Shown here in pieces: positions 60,237 to 64,000 of a DNA stretch of 64,000 bases. Source of the stretch: Candidatus Lustribacter sp. (GTDB lineage: Bacteria; Vulcanimicrobiota; Vulcanimicrobiia; Vulcanimicrobiales; Vulcanimicrobiaceae); NCBI GenBank assembly GCA_965277805.1, contig OZ255842.1, positions 4,352,001 through 4,416,000 on the forward strand. Reading direction: 5' to 3'. Made by a program: the position numbers and the translations under genes. The first letter of the stretch is position 1; each line of letters starts with the position of its first letter. The notes below the pieces were generated by a model. That model was not told the DNA's origin and did no database searches. It worked only from the letters and a program-made list of their open reading frames with translations.

Positions 60237-62381
60237 TTGACTCACGCTCATAACCACGCCCACGCTCCGAACGCCGTCCCGCACGTGCACGCAACCGTCG
60301 ACAATCTCGGGGCCACGGCCGGCGGGAGTGCGCGGCAGCGTATCGTGCTCGACGCGGCTCAGATGCAACAGCTCGGGCTTGCGGCCGGCGATACGGTGCG
60401 CGTTGCGACCGAGCGCGGCCGCAGTACGGTTGCCCGGCTCGAGGCTCCGGCCGCCGACGGCAACACCGATATCGTGCGCATGGACCGCTTCGTGCGCCAA
60501 GCGTTGAAGGCGCGTCTCAACGAGTCGGTCGAGATCGAGCCGATCACGCTGGGGCCGGCCAAGCGTCTGGAGTTACTGCCGGCCGCCGACGTCACGACCG
60601 CGCACGATCTGATTCCGCACTTGACCGCGCTGCTCAGTGCCGACAGCACGGTCGTCAGCCGCGATACCGTTCTGTATCTGCCGTTTCCCGGCACGAATTC
60701 CGGCACGACGTATCAAGTCATCACGGTCGACGACGGTCCGGGCTACGTCACGGCCGACACGCAGATCGTCATGCACTATGCCGACGCGCACGTGCCGACC
60801 GGCGCGATGGACGTCACGTTCGAAGACGTCGGCGGCCTCGGCTCGCAGATCCGCGCGGTGCGCGAATTGGTGCAGCTGCCGCTGAAGTTTCCACACGTCT
60901 ACCAGCAGCTCGGCATCGTGGCGCCGCGGGGCATCATCCTCTACGGCCCGCCGGGCGCCGGTAAGACGCGCATGGCACGCGCGATCGCAAACGAGGTCGA
61001 GGCGCGCTTCTACTACATCAACGGTCCCGATATCATCGGTACCTATGCCGGCGAGACCGAAGGCAACTTGCGACGGATCTTCGGCGAGGCCGGACACCAC
61101 TCGCCCTCGATCATCTTCATCGACGAACTCGATGCGATCGCGCCCAAGCGCGGCGAAACCGGCGCGCATGCCGACATTCGCGTCGTCACCCAATTGCTCT
61201 CGTTGATGGACGGTCTCGGGCAAGTGGATGCGGTGGTCGTCGTTGCCACGACGAACCGGCTCGACAGTGTCGACCCGGCGTTCCGGCGTCCGGGCCGCTT
61301 CGATCGCGAGATTTTCGTCGGTCCGCCCGACATCGCCGGCCGTCGCGAAGTGCTCGATATCCACACGCGTGAGATGCCGCTCGCGCCCGATGCAATAGCT
61401 GCGCTCGACGATGTGGCGTATCGCACGCACGGTTTCGTCGGTGCCGACTTGATGGAGCTCTGTCGCGAGGCGGGCCTCTCCGCGCTGCGCCGCAACACGT
61501 CGATGCTGGCCGATCACCGCTCGGCGTTTCGTTTGCAGTCGGAGCAGATCACCGTGTCGCGCGGAGACTTTGAGCACGCGCTCGCGCATGTACGGCCGTC
61601 GGCCTTGCGCGAAACGCTGATCTCGCGACCCGACGTCACGTGGGCCGATGTCGGCGGCATGGACGCGCTGCGGGAAGAGCTGCGCGAGCTCGTCGAGATG
61701 CCGCTGCACAAGCCGGATGTGCTCGCCCAAATGGGACTGTCGGCGCACTCGGGGGTGCTGCTCTACGGCGCGCCCGGCACCGGCAAGACGCTGCTCGCGC
61801 AGGCGGTCGCCAACGAATGCGGCGTGAACTTCATCGCCGTCAACGGTCCGGAGCTGTTCACCAAGTGGCTCGGCGAGTCGGAAGAGGCCGTGCGGCACAT
61901 CTTCCGTATCGCGCGTCAAGTTGCGCCGGCGGTGATCTTCTTCGATCAGCTGGATTCGATCACGCCGGTGCGCGGCGACCATAGCGGTTCGATGACGACC
62001 GAACGCGTCGTCAACCAGCTGCTCGCGGAACTCGACGGCATCGAACCGCTCTCGGGCATCGTCGTGCTGGCCGCGACCAATCGCATCGATCTCGTCGATC
62101 CGGCGATCCTGCGTCCGGGACGGTTCGGCACGCACGTCCACGTGCCGCTGCCCGACGCGGCCGGCCGCCGCGCAATTCTCGAACTCTTCCTCACCGGCAA
62201 CGTCGATGCATCGATCGACGAGCTGGTGCCGCTCACCGAAGGGTTTTCCGGTGCGCAACTGCGCGAACTTTGCGCGCGCGCCAAACGGCTCGCGCTCCGG
62301 CGCACCGGTTACACCGGCGCCGTCGCCACCACCACAGCGGATCTGCTCAAAGCTATCGAAACCGTGAAGGAGCCGACATGA
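60237..62381 (+). CDS. Cdc48/p97-family double-ring AAA+ ATPase
   Basis: N-domain, then VTFEDVGG. D1: [25 protein letters not shown]2: [29 protein letters not shown]. Confidence 0.93.
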   Translation: MTHAHNHAHAPNAVPHVHATVDNLGATAGGSARQRIVLDAAQMQQLGLAAGDTVRVATERGRSTVARLEAPAADGNTDIVRMDRFVRQALKARLNESVEIEPITLGPAKRLELLPAADVTTAHDLIPHLTALLSADSTVVSRDTVLYLPFPGTNSGTTYQVITVDDGPGYVTADTQIVMHYADAHVPTGAMDVTFEDVGGLGSQIRAVRELVQLPLKFPHVYQQLGIVAPRGIILYGPPGAGKTRMARAIANEVEARFYYINGPDIIGTYAGETEGNLRRIFGEAGHHSPSIIFIDELDAIAPKRGETGAHADIRVVTQLLSLMDGLGQVDAVVVVATTNRLDSVDPAFRRPGRFDREIFVGPPDIAGRREVLDIHTREMPLAPDAIAALDDVAYRTHGFVGADLMELCREAGLSALRRNTSMLADHRSAFRLQSEQITVSRGDFEHALAHVRPSALRETLISRPDVTWADVGGMDALREELRELVEMPLHKPDVLAQMGLSAHSGVLLYGAPGTGKTLLAQAVANECGVNFIAVNGPELFTKWLGESEEAVRHIFRIARQVAPAVIFFDQLDSITPVRGDHSGSMTTERVVNQLLAELDGIEPLSGIVVLAATNRIDLVDPAILRPGRFGTHVHVPLPDAAGRRAILELFLTGNVDASIDELVPLTEGFSGAQLRELCARAKRLALRRTGYTGAVATTTADLLKAIETVKEPT

Positions 62382-63337
62382 CCTCACGCATCTCACGCCG
62401 CGGAAGCCTCGCCGGCATTGGGGCCGCGCTCGCCGCGAGCACGTTGCCGCGCGCCGCGCGTGCCGACGCCGTTCCGCTGCGCGTCGCGCTCGTGCCGATC
62501 TGGGACGTTGCGCCGTACTATGCCGCCGAGCAGCAGGGCTACTTCGCGGCGGAAAATTTGGTGTGCACGCCGTCCTTCGTGCGCGGCGGAGCGGTCGGTA
62601 TTCCGGCCGTCGTCGGCGGGACGTACGACATGGTCTACGCTAACGGCACGAGCATCGTTCAGGCGATCTCGAAAGGTATCGACCTGCGGATCATCATCGA
62701 GGGCGCGCCGATCGGCTCGAAGCCGCCGGATCCCGGCGCGCTGCTCAAGCGCAAAGGCGACCCGTTCAAGACGGGCAAGGACCTCGAAGGCAAGGTCGTC
62801 GGCGTGAACGCGCTGCGCGACGTGCAGTGGATGCTCGTCACGGCGTGGGTCAAAGTCACCGGCGGCGACCCCGACAAAGTGCAGATCGTCGAGATTCCGC
62901 TGCCCTCGATGGTCGACGCCCTCAAGCAAAAACGCGTCGACGCGGCGCTGGCGCTCGATCCGTTCATGACGATGGGCTTAGCCGATCCCGCAATCGAATT
63001 GCTCGACTGGGCCTTGAGCCGCGCGTACCCCAACGGCCCCGTCGGCTTCTTCGCCGTCACGCCGGAGTTGACGGCGAAACGCGGCAACGATCTGCGCGCG
63101 TTCGTGCGGGCGTACAAGCGCGGGGCGGCGTGGTGCAACGCCAACGCCGGCAAGGAACCGTTCATCAAACTCGTGGCCGGTTACAGCAGCATCGCGCCCG
63201 ATCTCGTCGCGCAGATGAAACCGATTCCGGCCCATGCCGAAATCGTGCCGAGCGACTTGCCGCGCCTGACCGCGCTCATGACGCAAACCGGTCTGCTCAA
63301 CACTCCCGTCGATCTGCGCAGCAAGATCTTCACCTAA
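62378..63337 (+). CDS. SsuA/NMT1-type ABC substrate-binding protein
   Basis: AAGGAG RBS; ISRRGSL Tat signal; KTGKDLEGKVVGVN; paralog of 15479..16444. Confidence 0.88.
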   Translation: MTSRISRRGSLAGIGAALAASTLPRAARADAVPLRVALVPIWDVAPYYAAEQQGYFAAENLVCTPSFVRGGAVGIPAVVGGTYDMVYANGTSIVQAISKGIDLRIIIEGAPIGSKPPDPGALLKRKGDPFKTGKDLEGKVVGVNALRDVQWMLVTAWVKVTGGDPDKVQIVEIPLPSMVDALKQKRVDAALALDPFMTMGLADPAIELLDWALSRAYPNGPVGFFAVTPELTAKRGNDLRAFVRAYKRGAAWCNANAGKEPFIKLVAGYSSIAPDLVAQMKPIPAHAEIVPSDLPRLTALMTQTGLLNTPVDLRSKIFT

Positions 63338-63349
63338 AAAGGAACGACC

Positions 63350-64000
63350 ATCAGCAACGGTCACGGTCTCATCGATGTGCACGTGCATCACTTCAGCGGC
63401 GCGTACATCGATTTGCTCGAGCAGCTCGGCTGCGACGAACGCATCCTCTTCGATTCTCGCCGGGTGGTCTCGCCGGCAGCCGATGCCGGCGTCGCCGAAC
63501 GGCTGGCGGTCATGGACAACAGCAACGTAGCCCGTCAGCTGCTCTCGATGTCGGCGGCGACGCCGTATCTCGAGAACGAACGCGATGCGGTGCGCGCGGC
63601 CCAGTTCATCAACGACGAGCACGCCGAGCTGCGGCGCACGTATCCCACGCGCTTCGGCTTCTTTGCCGCACTCCCGATGCCGCACATCGATGCGGCGCTG
63701 ACCGAGCTGCGACGCGCGTTCGACGAGCTGCACGCCGACGGCGCGACGTTCACCACCAGCGTCAATGCGCGATCGCTCGCCGATCCGGCGTTCGAGCCGG
63801 TATTTGCGGAACTCAACCGGCGCGGCGCGGTGGTGTTCATCCATCCGCCGGGCTTCGCGTGCGAATCGCCGCTGATCGCGGAGAGCCGGCTGACGTGGCC
63901 CCTGGGCGCGCCGGTGGAAGACGCCGTGTGTGCGATGCAGTTGATGCAGGCCGGATTTCCGCGCCGCTATCCGCAGTTGAAAGTCATCTTGCCGCACCTC
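63350..64000 (+). CDS. Amidohydrolase_2 family protein, truncated at the window edge
   Basis: Manual translation: ISNGHGLIDVHVHH...RFGFFAALPMP...FAELNRRGAVVFIHPP...YPQLKVILPHL; paralog of 25677..26609. Confidence 0.85.
   Translation, partial: MSNGHGLIDVHVHHFSGAYIDLLEQLGCDERILFDSRRVVSPAADAGVAERLAVMDNSNVARQLLSMSAATPYLENERDAVRAAQFINDEHAELRRTYPTRFGFFAALPMPHIDAALTELRRAFDELHADGATFTTSVNARSLADPAFEPVFAELNRRGAVVFIHPPGFACESPLIAESRLTWPLGAPVEDAVCAMQLMQAGFPRRYPQLKVILPHL

Overview
High-GC bacterial chromosomal segment with about 60 protein-coding genes. I saw no rRNA, tRNA, CRISPR array, integrase or transposase. The GAAC-N4-GTTC SOS boxes suggest a Terrabacteria-type organism; the gene families are reminiscent of Ca. 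Eremiobacterota, but that is unverified inference. Four groups of genes are present. (1) DNA repair and mutagenesis: a YhaO/YhaN-like Mre11/Rad50 pair, alkB, dnaE2 and imuB. dnaE2 and imuB lie about 27 kb apart, yet each has an identical LexA box filling the 17-bp spacer of its own sigma70 promoter. (2) Efflux and regulators: MarR-GNAT, PadR plus a DHA2 pump, with visible operators. (3) A wHTH + nucleotidyltransferase pair behind an inverted repeat (toxin-antitoxin-like). (4) Three catabolic clusters: an fde-like FAD monooxygenase/VOC dioxygenase/FAH cluster; a Rieske oxygenase with two decarboxylase-like genes; and a MaoC/CoA-transferase/thiolase-like/DUF35 cluster. Nine solute-binding proteins occur with no permease or ATPase gene in the window. 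The most unusual features are a full-length Cdc48/p97-type ATPase with a His-rich N-terminus and a natural Walker-B Glu->Gln in D2, encoded directly behind a split cupin pair, and a W-A-C-G-C-x14-C-x-R-H-E motif found both N-terminal to a GGDEF domain and as a stand-alone neighbouring ORF. All calls come from reading motifs by eye; no database searches were run.
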